From Botryllus schlosseri (Eukaryota), in assembly GCA_051294905.1 (NCBI GenBank), contig CM119378.1:3970001-4034000 (forward strand): a stretch of DNA of 64,000 bases, written 5' to 3'. The position numbers were made by a program, and so were the translations under genes. The notes below the pieces were generated by a model, which was not told the DNA's origin, ran no database searches, and saw only the letters and a program-made list of their open reading frames with translations. The stretch's first letter is position 1. Every line of letters begins with the position of its first letter. Below, piece after piece: positions 50,635 to 63,875 of this stretch.

Positions 50635-53600
50635 TCAACTCTGCAGGTTATATCCATTCGATTTGATATATATCCGTAAAGCTTCTCTCATTGCTTTGGA
50701 TGCTTCTCTGAATGTGCATCTCTGGTGCGGATAGGTTTTACCCATGCAATTACAGGCTTCCAAACTTAACTTCTCGACTTCGCTCTTCTGTTTGAACGTC
50801 CTGAAATAAATATAATACATGACCCATGTCAATCGAAACGAAAATGATGCCTCCTTGTGTTGCAAATAATCATTATTTCTTCGCAATCATCAATTTAATT
50901 CTACACATTGGCATGCAACCATGAGGTGTGTGATTATTCAGCATTTGGCAGTTCAGCATCAGGTCATACTATAGATAACTAACCTACGGATAGATGCGCA
51001 ACACGTGATTCACGGTCGAGTAATGGTACATTCGGAAGATTTGAGCATGAAACGGCAACGTAATTGCTAATCCCATAGATGACGACCCGAGCGCTCAAAT
51101 TAAATAAAGTTGATCTTATTTGAAAGCTACAGTCGCGCTGATTCTAATAATATACATTAAATTTCCATCAAGGAAATGGAACCACCCCGAAATAGCCTTC
51201 AAAGTCTGACATTCGGCATTGTTCTAAACAATCGCAACGACGCAGCAAAATGACCATAACAACGGTCCTTGCGTGGTTGCGATTGTTCTGAACAATGCCA
51301 ATTATCAGACTTTGAGGGGTATTTCGTGGCGGTTGCATTGCCCTGATCAGATTTTAATATATATTATCAGAATCAGTGCGACTGCAGCTTTCAAATAAGA
51401 TCAACTTTATTTAATTTGAGCGCTCGGGTCGTCATCTATGGGATTAGCGATTACGTTGCCGTTTCATGCTCAAATCTGCCGAACGTAGCATCACTGAACC
51501 GTGAATCATGTGTTGCGCATCTATCCGTAGGTTAGTTATCTATAGTCATACCAAGAAGTAGCAATAAAAGACGTTGGCCGGAAATGAACAGGAACGTCGA
51601 TGATATTTGTCTATTATACTCACTTTAACACCCTACAAATGAACCAATGAGCCAATCCGCAGGCATGAAGTTCAGTTCCGAAACCTCTGCACTCTTGATC
51701 CTCACATATGCCAGAAAGATCCCGACAGCTCTTATAAATCTTTTTATTCAGAGAAAATTCAACCCATAGATTGCCGGCCAACATCGGGCAGTGCTCATCT
51801 GCGTTGCAGGACACCTAAACAGATATCATTTTATACGCATGGAGAGGGTACCATTACCATTGCGTAAATGTTACTGACATGAGAATATATCCTTGAGTCG
51901 TTGTAAAACACCAAAGAATCGGCATCCACCATAATAAGCTGCCAATTCCGAGATACCATAAAGTTGAGTCCAGATATATCTTCCATGAAGAGGTGCCTAT
52001 CTTCTGCAATAAGTTTTGAAACCGATTTAATCTCAACGTGGACGACAATTAACCAGAGAAATGGTTGTCTTAGTATTATTATTATTGGTTGTTATATTAG
52101 ATCTAAAACGCGCTGGAATAATGTAGCGAACTCAGGCGTTGCTATTCCGAGACCAAGTTGATATGAATTGCTAGACGCCTAATGCAACGTCTTATTGTGT
52201 TTGATTGCGATGGTGGTCACCTATGGTCACGCAGTCACGCAGAGAAGGAATTTACGTTGTCAGCCGATATCATGAAGCAGCTGTGTCGGGTAAGAGTCCG
52301 ACCGAGGACGACTCCAGAATTCCTACCTAAGTGTTGAAGGTTTATCTAGGCTCCTCCTCGCCACGTGATCCGCGTACGCGGTGTGTGAGCCGTGCTACAA
52401 GTCGGTAAATACGGAATCAAATATGAAGAATATCGGCCTGGTGCAAAACGACCAATTTAGTCGAAAGACCATGAATATCAAACAAAAAAGCTGTGCCTTG
52501 CGAGTTACGGTAGTGTAGTTTTAGTTGTGGCAAGCAGGCGTACGGTACGCAACTGGTTAAAAAGCAATGGTACCACAGAGAAACATGGTGTAGTAGATGG
52601 TACATTTTGTGAAAATCGTTTGGTTGCAGTTTGATGCGGTGGCTTTCTGGGAGTATATGATTGCCGCAAAAATGTTAATTTTTACACTTTCAACATTAAA
52701 TAATTTAACTAATTTGAGATCACGTCATATTTTGACTGCAGTGCCCTGTTTAAGTGGCACGAGAACGCAGTACAAAACATGGAAACGGTAATAAACGTTG
52801 TGAAAACCGCATTGCGGACAAATCGGTGGATTTTGTAAGCGATATCTACGATTCACTTTATACTTTGCATAAGTGATTTCAGCATGTTGGGCAAGTTGGC
52901 ATGCACTTTATGTCTCGCCCAAAAATCAAAAAACGATAATAATTCGCTCTTTACCCAATTGTTGGAAAAATGTTGTCACGCTGTAGGAAAAAGCGAGGGC
53001 AGCCAATTGTGGATTCGGGTCCTGTTTAATGAGGTCGACAACATGCGACCCTGAAGAACAAGCATCCGTTGTTCCGTTGTCATTACACAGCGTGTATCCA
53101 TCAACCCTCTCGACAAGGTATCTAATAACAGCATCAATACAAGAATAAATGTTATGTAATTCTACTGATCATTTACCTTATTCGGAGATCTTCTACGCAT
53201 GATCCGAGAAGTCTAGGTATACCGCGGAGCCCACGCAATTTCACGAGATACATTATTTCTCTCTTGGCCGAGTTGTATTTATACTCCTCCACCACGGTAC
53301 GGTATAGTCTGCATAAATAATTTAATTGCTTAGTAGTTTGATCGATTTTTCAGTAGGAATACGACACAAGCATACAAGGATACGATAGCATAAAAAATAT
53401 TGGCAAATATAGATGTCATGCATACTGTACACTACAATCCACCACAGGTAGTCCCGATAAACCGTAACAAGCATGCCAGCAATGAAAGCAAGCGACCACC
53501 AGATAGACCGCAACCAACTTGTATTGTCACTTGTCGCTCGCCGGTAATCAGTTCCGTGCAGCGTTGCGTTGGGGGTCGATACGTCGAATTTAGAAAAGAT

Positions 53601-56600
53601 CAAGCGAATTAGCCTTCAAATTCAAATACTAATTTCTGCGAATGAAGATCCGGGTCAGATTCGAAGTCAGTCGCAATAAATAGCTGTTGTGTTGACTCAG
53701 TCATATGAGCCACGCGAGCCATATAAGACTCTTTTGATGCTGGCGTATGGCTGTCAGAGAAACAGAAGTTGACAATCAACAAGTAGCATGAATATCACGT
53801 TATCACATTCGTGGATGTGTCTGCAGTCTCTGCACGGTATGCAACGCAGTTAGTTGTAGCGTGACTAGAACTCGATGACCGGTGTAAGCGGAGTCGGGGC
53901 ACGCTAAAGTGGTGTGGTGACTGGCTAGCTTCAATATTGAGTAGGGTCGCCATACGTCCGGTATTTCTCGGACATGTCCGGAATCTCACTGTTCAAACTG
54001 CGTCCGAGAGGAAATTCTAAAATGTGCTTAAATGTCCGGAATTTTGTAGGCTTCAAGTTGGCTCATAATATTTTCGGAAATCATCATAAACAACATTATT
54101 TTTCGTCAGATACATGCTACATGAAATTTTTCTTCGCGCTACTCGCGAGTTAGTAACACATATCATGATTTTAGTATGAGGAATACAGCCCTCGCAAAAA
54201 CTGCAATCAAAAATAAATAAAAATAACCTTCACTTACTGAAATAAGTCTAATAGTAATGGCAATTGCTGGAGAAAGGCAGGCTATATTCCTAGAGTCGAT
54301 AAGGCCGTTTAAATGTTTTATTCAAATATAGTTGTTCTAAACATGGCGCCTGAGGCCGTTTGCCTTTATTCTGGGGTTCGCGAAGATGTTGAACGTAATC
54401 AGCTTCCAAAATAGGCCGCGAGTAAGTCCAAGCAAAGGTGCCCACCTTTTTTTAATAATCAGCCTAAAAAATTTTGAGTAGGACCACGGTACATTTTCAA
54501 ATTGGAAATGGAGTCGCGACCATAAAAGGTTGGAAACCACCGTATGCATAATATTATATAGCTCAGTGGTGCGCTCTGACATTAGGCTGATAAACAATAT
54601 TATCGGTGTGACATGAACATGACTTGACGTTGCACAATTGTACAATCATGCTCCCTGCATTTTCGAAGACATCTACCGCTAACTCTGATCGTGTAGGCGG
54701 AGAGAGGATCAAAACTATGTAGTCTTTTGTGGAAGAAGAACCAATATTATTGACAGAATTCATTCAAACAATTAACGACCAGATGCACATAGAAGATACA
54801 TATAGCAAGCCCACCAGAAGTTGCATCGATTACCCTATGCTGGGCCCAAGATCAGTGTTTATTTGGACGGGAGAGGGCTGAAAAATGTGATTTCGGTCTT
54901 GGTTACAACTTACACACAAACACGTACTCCTGAACCGGATCGTGACCACCTCTGGTCGATGGGCAAAGATTTGCTAGTGTGACGTCATATTGGCTGCCAA
55001 TGTGATCATACCTCATGTTGAAGTCCGCTAGTGGACGCAAATGAGTATCCGGAATTTGAGTCACAAAAATATGGTAACCCTAGTATTGAGTGAACCAGAA
55101 ACTGTGCAATGCGTTAGGGAAAGTGGGTTAATATATAGCTATCGACCTATATACGTCACTAAATCGATAATTTTCCGACTAATTCAAATTATGAGGCGAT
55201 TTCGTGAAGTCAAATACATGTATACTATTTCATTACAATACAACTGAGATCTGATACTGTTAAAAACTAGCAGTCGGATAACTGAAAGACGTCGCCTGCG
55301 ATTTAGATTCCACCCTTGGAATATCGGTGACATAATTTGCAAGATAGCGCCTGCCAGTATTGGGATGACTCGAGTCATGACTTGACTCGAATCAGACTCG
55401 AGTCAACTTTTTCGTATGACTCGACTTGACTCGAGTCACTTCGGAAAAATGACTTGACTTGACTTGACTCGGAGCTTCAAAAATGTACATTGACTCGTGA
55501 CTCGGAGCAAAATTTACGAGTCAATTGCAAGTCATCAAGTAAACGGTGTCGAATAAATCACTGTATATTGGGTATGTTCGGATTGTTCGAGATACGCCAG
55601 TTTCACTTGTGAGAGCAACCACTCATTCACTGATTCGACGTTACACTATCCTCCATTGTCAGATCACAAATAAATTGACCGCAAACTAAACGATCATAGG
55701 ATTTACAGCTTACGTTGTAGTATAAGATTACTCTAAATAGCAATGTGTCCCAGTTTCTTAGACGGCTCAATGCTTGCGTTGCGCAGTGCTCACATTTACC
55801 AACCCTCTTTTATGATTCAAATCGAACAAATATAGTTTGTGCGTTTATATTCTCACGGATGTGTAGAGTGGTAGTGTATTAGGATATTGTACCATATCAA
55901 TTTGTTTCAACTTCTCGAAGCTTCGTATTAGGTCTATATTTTGGTTGATAATAACTGACTGTAGCATGTAGCTGTACAGTTACTCACGTATATTATTAGC
56001 AGTTCTGCGTGTGCGGGAGGGATACAACGTATTTTTGCTCGTATATTCAACTAGATATTCGTTATTTAATACAAGATAAATGATCAATTATTCTGTCTTT
56101 CACACAGCTAGCAAAATGTAATGACTTTGAATCATCACTCATACTTCGAAAATTAAATTTGACTTGAATTGTGACTTGACTCGAGTCACCTCCAAAAACG
56201 ACTGACTTGACTTGACTCGAGTCAACTTTGAAAATCGATTGACTTGACTTGACTCGAGTCAAAATCTGCAATGACTCGAGATGACTCGTGACTAGAAGGT
56301 AGTGACTTGATCCCAACACTGGCGCCTGCAGTAGCTTCTCAGAAACACTTATTATGATATTATCAATAAACAAAGCACAATACACAACAATCAAAGCACG
56401 AACGAGACGACCAGTACGGGACCGCAAGAATGGGATTTCGAACTGTCTGGTATCAAGCGAAAAGTGACTTTGTGATAGCCAGGTCCCGACATGTACTGAT
56501 CGCAGCGCGAAACGACGAAGTCCGAAAGCATGGCTTCATTAGTGCGGGTGTTATAACAATATAACATGACGTCACTTTTTAACACAGATGACATGACGCT

Positions 56601-58475
56601 AACGGCGAATACTATGTATTTATCTACGATTTCGTCAGGATCTTCCATTGTAACGTCACACTGAATTGATATCCTCTGTAATTACAATTGAAGAGGAAGA
56701 CGACTAATACAGTTCTCGGCCCCTGCCATACCCCAATACGCTATAGGCTGAAGCGTATTACAGCTATACGTTTTATGTTTGAGCATCATTTAATATAGGC
56801 CAGTGGTGTGGTTCCCAACCTTTTTCGACTCATCGCCCCCTTATAAAGCTCGACGCAACTTTTCCCATCTCCCTATTTTTGGAACCGAAAAAGTGGACGT
56901 ATAAATGGGAAATTTTGTGCAACTAAACTATGATCGCTGGAGAATTGACTAAAAAAGGTCATTTTTTCGACAGGACTCCCGAGAGCCATCTCCACGTATA
57001 ATCGTTGGGAATTGACTTTTTATTTTAGTCAACTTTCGAGGCAGATCCGGAAAAACCCGTTTTTCACGTGCATTTCGTGTCGACTAGTTAAATATAGCCG
57101 TTCTAACATTTTCGACACCCTATCGCCCCCTCCGTACGTTTTCGCCCCCCACCCCCCAATCGCCCCTTCGTCATTTTCGCCCGCTGTTTCTCAAAATCGC
57201 GCCCGTTTGGGAGCTACTGATATAGGCCTATACCCACCACCATGCATTCATGCAACCTAAAAGCTCTTGAAAGCTACATCTCCACCGTGAGGCTATACAG
57301 AGCTAGAAATTATAACGCGTATGCAGTAGCCTACTTCTTGCCCTTTCTCTTTGCTACTGCATTCTGTAAATCAAATCTGTAAAACCGACGCTGGCCAGGT
57401 TAGGGTTAGGGTTTCACCAAATAACATCTAGTTTAGTGGTTGTTAGAATTTGTTAGTAGTTCACCGGAAGCCAGGAAATTTTGTGACTATGTTCGTGCAA
57501 ACAGTAAGCGGTAAGGTATAACTGTTTTGTTGAACCCCTCCGCATTCTATATCTTTATCTTACACCGTTAAAATATATTTAACTATCTCAGAATATGGCG
57601 AAGATGTCAAAGTCGTATGCGCTATATTGAGTTACATTACTCCATTGCAGGTTATCATGGTCACAAAAATTCCTATTCAGCTTCGAATACTGAAAATAAT
57701 CGAATATATTTACGATGCGTTTTTGTAGGCTTGCCAGAAAAGTATGTGACCTTTGTAAACGAATCTCCTGTGAATTTAGTAAAATGATCGTGATGATGTG
57801 GCATATAAAAGTAGTTCCTTGCTACAAACGTTTAGTCATAGTAAGGCGAGAGCAGGACATCGTAATTATGTGCAACATTGAGCCGTACCACGATAGCTAT
57901 GTGTTCAATTGTCCATCCATACATTGAGCCGCAGGTATAAGATATTGGGTTTTAGGCAATGTTACAAGGAACTTCAAAATCTCTGATTGGTAGGTGATCT
58001 GTATCTTTAGAATTTTGAAATCTTACCTGTTGGCTTCCTTCATGACCACCGGTATCGTTACTCCGTTTATCCGTACCTTTAGGAACGAGATACCGCGATT
58101 CCCTCGCAAATTCTCCTCCACCTCCCTACGGGTGTGCGGGATGTTATTCAAATCTTTGCAACCAAAGTAGTCAGTTTTATCCTCAATATCATCAAAATAT
58201 TCCTTGATCTCAATCCCAGTTTGCTGCGATTCGATGTCAGCTTTGATCATATCCAGCCTGTAGTTTGGATGTCCAGATTCACTGTCGGCCGCACTCTGCT
58301 CGGTGTCGGACGCGTGTCGCGCCATTCGCCGAAGGGATTTACCTTGTTGGTGACATTGCCCTCGTCTTCTCACTCTCGACAACAGGTCAAGTGTTATTGA
58401 TGAAGAATACAGCATACACAACACTGCTACCACTGTAAACAGGCTTTTGCGATGCCTAGCTAGTTTTGCTAACAT
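50635..58475 (-). CDS. PKDCC/VLK-like (POMK/DIPK-related) secretory-pathway protein kinase, 409 aa
   Basis: Six phase-consistent exons: 58475-58027, 53308-53177, 53121-52955, 52003-51879, 51814-51624, 50800-50635 (1230 nt). Motifs in order: N-terminal signal anchor (SLFTVVAVLCMLYSS); FGCKDLNNI; VVMKEA lysine; KREIMYLVKLRGLRGIPRLLGSC (alphaC/beta4); HLFMEDISGLNF catalytic loop; MVDADS metal-binding motif; Cys-rich CNADEHC...CEDQECRGF insert as in PKDCC; subdomain XI CMGKTYPHQRCT. Confidence 0.85.
50970..51544. mobile_element. Palindromic foldback MITE, P/Galileo-like (second family)
   Basis: TATAGATAACTAACCTACGGATAG...CTATCCGTAGGTTAGTTATCTATA with a perfect 7-bp TSD GTCATAC. The empty site is at ~17595 in copy A. 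Confidence 0.92.
53942..55082. mobile_element. hAT (Blackjack-like) non-autonomous element
   Basis: TAGGGTCGCCATA...TATGGTAACCCTA with TSD ATATTGAG/GTATTGAG. Confidence 0.8.
55355..56321 (-). mobile_element. hAT element of the CAGTGTTGGGAT family (inverted)
   Basis: CAGTATTGGGAT...ATCCCAACACTG with a perfect TSD GCGCCTGC. Confidence 0.9.
56801..57219. mobile_element. hAT MITE
   Basis: CAGTGG..TTCCCAAC...GTTTGGGAGCTACTG with a perfect TSD ATATAGGC. Confidence 0.8.
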
Positions 58476-58831
58476 GCTGTGACTTTAGCTGTACGGCAGT
58501 GTAGCATATCCTATCCGACGCTGAGTAAATCTTGCAGATTGCAGAACGCTGTCGCATACGCTGCTGGAAAATTACTTATAGAAACTCGACGAGTGATTTA
58601 CGATGGTACAACACGACATCAACGTATCGGTGTGACGCACATTTATTGTATTTCCCTCGGGCGAATACTATACCCGTCTATCTGGATCGCATGTCTACAC
58701 GGTAGTAATTCATCTACATAAATTATACTGATAAGTGCTTTGTAAGGATATCTACAGCTGAAGTTAAATATGCGCGCCTTGCTACATCATGACAGTTTCA
58801 ATCTCCAGTCACATATTCACATTTTGTAAGT

Positions 58832-58837
58832 TTTATT
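58832..58837 (-). terminator. Candidate polyadenylation signal of the CCP-vWA gene
   Basis: AATAAA on the minus strand ~185 nt after the stop codon. Confidence 0.5.
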
Positions 58838-59020
58838 GAATAGAAAGAACGCAAAAATAGAAAATGCAGAAATGTTAACCATAGGCATGATAAATAAATA
58901 AATACGAGTTGAAAATCCATGGTTACACTGTACGTGTACTGTACACTGTACAGTGACGCACACAATGTACCCTTGTACAATAACACAATCCCAGCAAGCC
59001 AGCAGACAATTCGTTAGTTA

Positions 59021-62000
59021 TCACTCTGAATATTCCTTGCGTTGCCTGCATGGCTCCCCGCAAACAAGTTTACCAATGTCCGCAGCAAATGACTTTGTCA
59101 AATGATCGAAACCGACGTTTTCCGATGCGAATACGGTCCCCTCGTCACCGGCAATTTCTCTCATGTCGTCTATCAACGTGCTGACCATTCGCGGATTGGA
59201 ATTGCGTCTCTCTCGGACGATGGGTAAGATTTTTATCTGCGAAAACACAGAATCACCATGGTGAATTTGGTCATGACGAGTTTTTTCGGCATAACTGATC
59301 GTTAACTGAGTTCTTCCACATTTTCGGAATACTCAATTAGGTTTTGTATACTTGCACTAACTACCCTACTTAAGGGTGTCGTGTATAGCCTACTTCCACT
59401 TTTACTTAATCGTAGTTTTTAGCCAAAGCTACTTATGAATTGCACTTTTTGCAAAATAGAAGGTAGTCGTGGAGTACGGTTCACTTCTATGTGTGAAATC
59501 ATCCTAAGAACCGCGTGAATTACCCGTCACTATAACTGCTGAAAATCGAAGATAGTACTTTACATATTTGTATCGTCATTGATAGCTTGTCATATTAACT
59601 GATCCCATTTATCACGGCAGACTGAATACATTTTAGAAAATTGGGCCTATTGCAATATATTTGGTAATTTTGCGTTAATAGTCGCTAAGATGCACCCGGC
59701 AATTTGCGCAGTTAGGCACCTTCAATTAACTGCACAAGTTATCCGACTGCGCGACAAAATGTTTTTGTCGAAACTACTTACTTGTGTACGCTTCAAGCCT
59801 TTCAATTTCCACTTCCACTTGAAGAACTTTAGGCGTGTCCTGTAATCACTACTTCTACTTGTAATTGAATAGATATTTACGACTGTATTTCTAATTTTTA
59901 TGAGTATCAGCTTTGACTGGGGATGGTCTTTACAACACATATCAACAATTTACCACGACGCCGTCATCTCGAAGATCTTTTGCCGCTTCCGTGGGATCTG
60001 TGCTCGGCGCGCCGTCGGTTATGAGAAACGCAACGTCCTTCACTCCCGGCCTGTTTCGCTCGCGGTCACGAAACGCATTTTTGGCGTGGATTAGAGCTTC
60101 CCGTGTGAATGTGCCTGTGGATTGTTAGCGTTGAGTTGATTCAATTATAGCCGGTCTCGCGCTAGTTCATGAGATAGGTATATATATATATATATATTTC
60201 AAGTATCGGAGTCGTACAGGCTGGTAGCTATAGTACATTAGTAATCACGTCGGGTTTCGTTTTTGAAAGAACTTGCTTGACCGATACTTCATCACGGCTT
60301 TTATATATCTACTCCAGTGGTTCTTACGCATTACTAAATAGTAAATCTGCAAGCCGTCGTGGAACCCCGAATTTTCGCTGAGTTATAAAAACAAAAACAG
60401 AAAAACTACCACAATGCACATCCAACAACACACCCAGTATACATTACTATAACTTTCTGATGCACAAATTTTAAAACCTTCAAAAACAAAAACAACATTA
60501 TAATGAACAGCTATTGCAAGTCTGAGTTACTTCTGCTTTTCCCATTCAGATACCAGTTCAGAAATAGTAGGCTTCATCTTGGAAGGTGTCAAGGTAGAAA
60601 CGCAACAACGTGAAACCAATTGGCTAATTTCAAATTAGTTTATAAATGTTGCAGATAGATTTGGCATTTCAGAAGGACGGGGTTTCAATTACGAACCCAA
60701 AACTCCCCTACGTAAATCAGTGCACACTACGATGTACCACCACCAGATAGTCACATTATGGCCAACGTATCTTCACAAAGCATACGTAATACGTATGAGT
60801 GTGTGTACTATTTAGTGTGTACTGTGTATTGACCTCGACGGAACCCCGTGGCTGGCTCACGGAACCTCTAGTGTTCCATGGAACACCAGTCTTTCGAAAC
60901 GCTGATCTGCGCGCTTTCGTCACTTCGAAGATAATGATGATTATTACGAAATCAGCACCTTCCAAGTTACAGGCACAGAAGTATTTCATCACTGTCTTAT
61001 AAGCGGAATTATTATGAACAAAACGTTGATAAACGCTTAATAGCTAATTACTGTGTTCAATGCGTTATAGCTTCTAGTGCACAACAAATAATACGTCACC
61101 TGATCCATCGTATGGAATGTTGTTTTGAATATGATCCAGCAAGTCATCCTTGTTACGGTAATCTCCCAACAGCACCTTAATGTTTAATTTTTTTATGTTA
61201 CTTATTGTTGCACTTGAATATATGTATGCTCAGTATACGATTTACCTCGGTATTTGTATCAACGAATCTATTGTATCGGAATATCCCCACTTTGGTATAG
61301 TTTTCGCTCAATTCGAACTGTCTGAATAGAAAATTTGAGTAAATGCACGCACGGTGGAGAATAGCACGATTGTTATGGACGTGGACACACGTATTAGCTT
61401 ACTCAATAAATCCGACAACAAACTTGATCATCATCCTCCAATTGTCTATTCCAACGGACGAGGAAGAATCGACGATGATTATGATGTCCATTTTCGCGTA
61501 AGGTGGACAGCTCCCTGTAATGTTTACATGCTGACGTTTGAAAATTAGTCTCCATAAAACCGCGTTACCATAGGAAGATCAAACACTACATAATGGTCTC
61601 ATTATACGAATTTTACTCTCATCCCGATGCGAGAGAGAGAGAGAGAGAGAGGGAGCGAGAGAGAAATGGTATTCTTTTTCGGCTGCACCATCAAGATGCT
61701 TTGACGACGGATATGCGATACGACCGTAAGATCAATATAGTCTGCATTCCCGTTTTTCCCTCCATGCTATCCGTGGATGCTGAGCGCCTAACAGGATAGC
61801 TGCGGATACCAGTTTTCGAGTCTTGGTCCGACCCGGCCGGGGATCGAACCCACGACCTACCGATGAAGAAGGCGGACGCATCGCTATCCCGCGACAAAGG
61901 ATATGTATAGTGAAACTCAGCGGAGGTTATTGGCGTTGAAATTGGAGAAGCAGTAATATTCGCGAATGAATAATAATTATATGCGCGTAATGCTACCGTT

Positions 62001-63875
62001 TCAACATCGAATTCACGATGTGAAATTTACCACGTGTGTGGTCCCTGGGCTTAGGCCCCGCCACAGTTGGCGTTTGTGATCCGAGAAGGCTCAATGGATG
62101 GGTATGGATAGATTTGCTACAGACGCGACAGTGTAAAACAATAACTGTTGACAATCCTACTCATGATTACGACAAAGCTCTTTTTCAGATAGGGACAAAT
62201 TGACTATTTCGATGTAGGCCTATGTACCTGGTGCAGTAGGTGCTTCGGCCTAACATGGCATTACATTTCGTCAGCGAATAATCATCATCTCATCACCCTT
62301 CTGTCAATGAAATATTTGGAAAAAGCGACAAAACTTCAAAAGGGAGTTTTCTCCATAAGTACTCGGGAGAGAAAAGATATATAGTCATTATAGTTTATAG
62401 TCATACGAATATATACTTACTTGTGCAGCATGGCAAAGGCAGACTCCATCGTCTGTTCGCATTACAAATAGCGTCTGTGGTCGTATTCGGATAAAGATTA
62501 TAACCCTCCTCGCAGTTGAATTCGCATACCGACGTGAAAAAGTTATTTCTGCTGCAGGTAATCTTCCCAAACTCCAAATCGCCCGGGCTCTGGCACTGAA
62601 TAGCTTAAATCACAATATTATATATAAATGGTTACCTATATTTCAATATTACAGTCTACGAAAGCGGATTGAGCTCATGTTGTATGTAACTACAATCAAT
62701 ATTTCCGATATCTTCTGGTGTTATTGAGCATTACAATAATCGGTGCCACAGGATTAACTTCAGTTCAACTAGACTCACGCCGGCATCTCGATATATCTTT
62801 GGACCAACGTCCTGATCTATCGTTGCCTTCCCCGATCCCCTCACAAAAGGCGACTTCCACCGCATCTCCGCTTTCGAATGCGTAACCTTCATGGCAAATG
62901 AAACTACATGACCGGCCCACCTCGTCACCGTTGCATCTAACCGATCCTTGTGGAATTGAAGTCGGCAACTCACACCTTATGTCTATGAAATCGAGAACTG
63001 TTACGGCCTCGCGTACAGAAATTTCGAAAATATGTGTTATCGACCTTCGCAAGTTGCATATTCGCCTACGTTCCAGACGCCAGTCTTCTCTTCGCCGACG
63101 TCGATGCATGTTTTTGATCCGTCTCCCCGTAAATATTGACCGTGCGGACATGGCCTGTGAGTACATTCCGATCCAACGAAGTGGCCGTTTGTGCAATTGT
63201 AGTCGGCCGAAGACACTTCCATGCATGTTTTAGCTGTGGAATAAATTTGGTGCATCACAAATCTGCCCCGTGCTCAACCAGAAATCGCCAGTAACTCTGG
63301 TATTATGCATGCCTGACAGTACAACTTGAATACGTCGAGGCAGTATTGGGACAATTACGGTCCTATTACATAAGCCATAGCGTCTCTGAGTAGCCTACAT
63401 ATCTGTACTTTCCACATCATCAATACTGTTGTTATGTCATAATACGTGGAACTCGAAGACTCGAATCGACTCGACTCGATATAGAATCGAATCGCAGCCT
63501 ACAAGCAAAACAAAACGGAATATGCTGGACAATAGCAGTCTCTTCGACTATATAACAACTGTCAAAGTCTGAAAAATGCTCACAAGCTTGTGTGCAGTGT
63601 GCACTGCATGGGACTTCGCTATATAGGTAATATACTCTATATTCTATGGGTAATACACTGTGTGTACTCACGCTCGCATACAGGTTTAGGATTACTCCAT
63701 AACCCTACTACCGTAGTCCCGGCTTCACATCTTGTGGTCGACGAGCCCACCATGTAGAAATTGGCATCGCATGCGAAGATGCACTGGTCGCCGACTGTAA
63801 TCCTCTGCGGGGAATCCTTCGTTATGCATGATGTTGATCCGTGCTCCAAACCCCCGATGGGCAGGCAGATTATCT
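59021..63875 (-). CDS. Sushi/CCP-repeat protein with C-terminal von Willebrand factor A domain (5' part outside the window)
   Basis: Phase-1 CCP exons at 63875-63672, 63233-63045, 62982-62779 and 62603-62421 (C..C..C..W..C pattern). vWA exons at 61514-61403 (CPPYAKMDIIIIVDSSSSVG, MIDAS DxSxS), 61321-61246, 61175-61100, 60114-59954 (GTFT...FLITDG) and 59236-59021 (TGA). All junctions are GT-AG and in frame. Confidence 0.9.
61630..61895 (-). mobile_element. tRNA-derived SINE, second copy (intron of the CCP-vWA gene)
   Basis: Colinear with 13610-13873, including the B box and the (TC)n tail. Confidence 0.85.

Larger units (their letters stand above)
34823..53882 (+). repeat. Segmental duplication unit, copy C (extends left to ~25487 relative to copy B)
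   Basis: Position 34823 CGGTCGCTATTTCACGG equals position 1, and the match is colinear to 53882. Confidence 0.95.

Noticed and set aside
53322..53603. ORF with TLHG...WLRSIWW, which with the Cys-rich ORF 50635-50886 suggested an ENaC/ASIC channel
   Set aside because: The Cys-rich exons fit a phase-consistent kinase model instead. The TLHG segment lies in kinase intron 1 and its frame is not conserved in the paralog (19150-19330).
57399..57414. GTTAGGGTTAGGGTTT telomere-like motif
   Set aside because: Only two units, too short to call an interstitial telomere.
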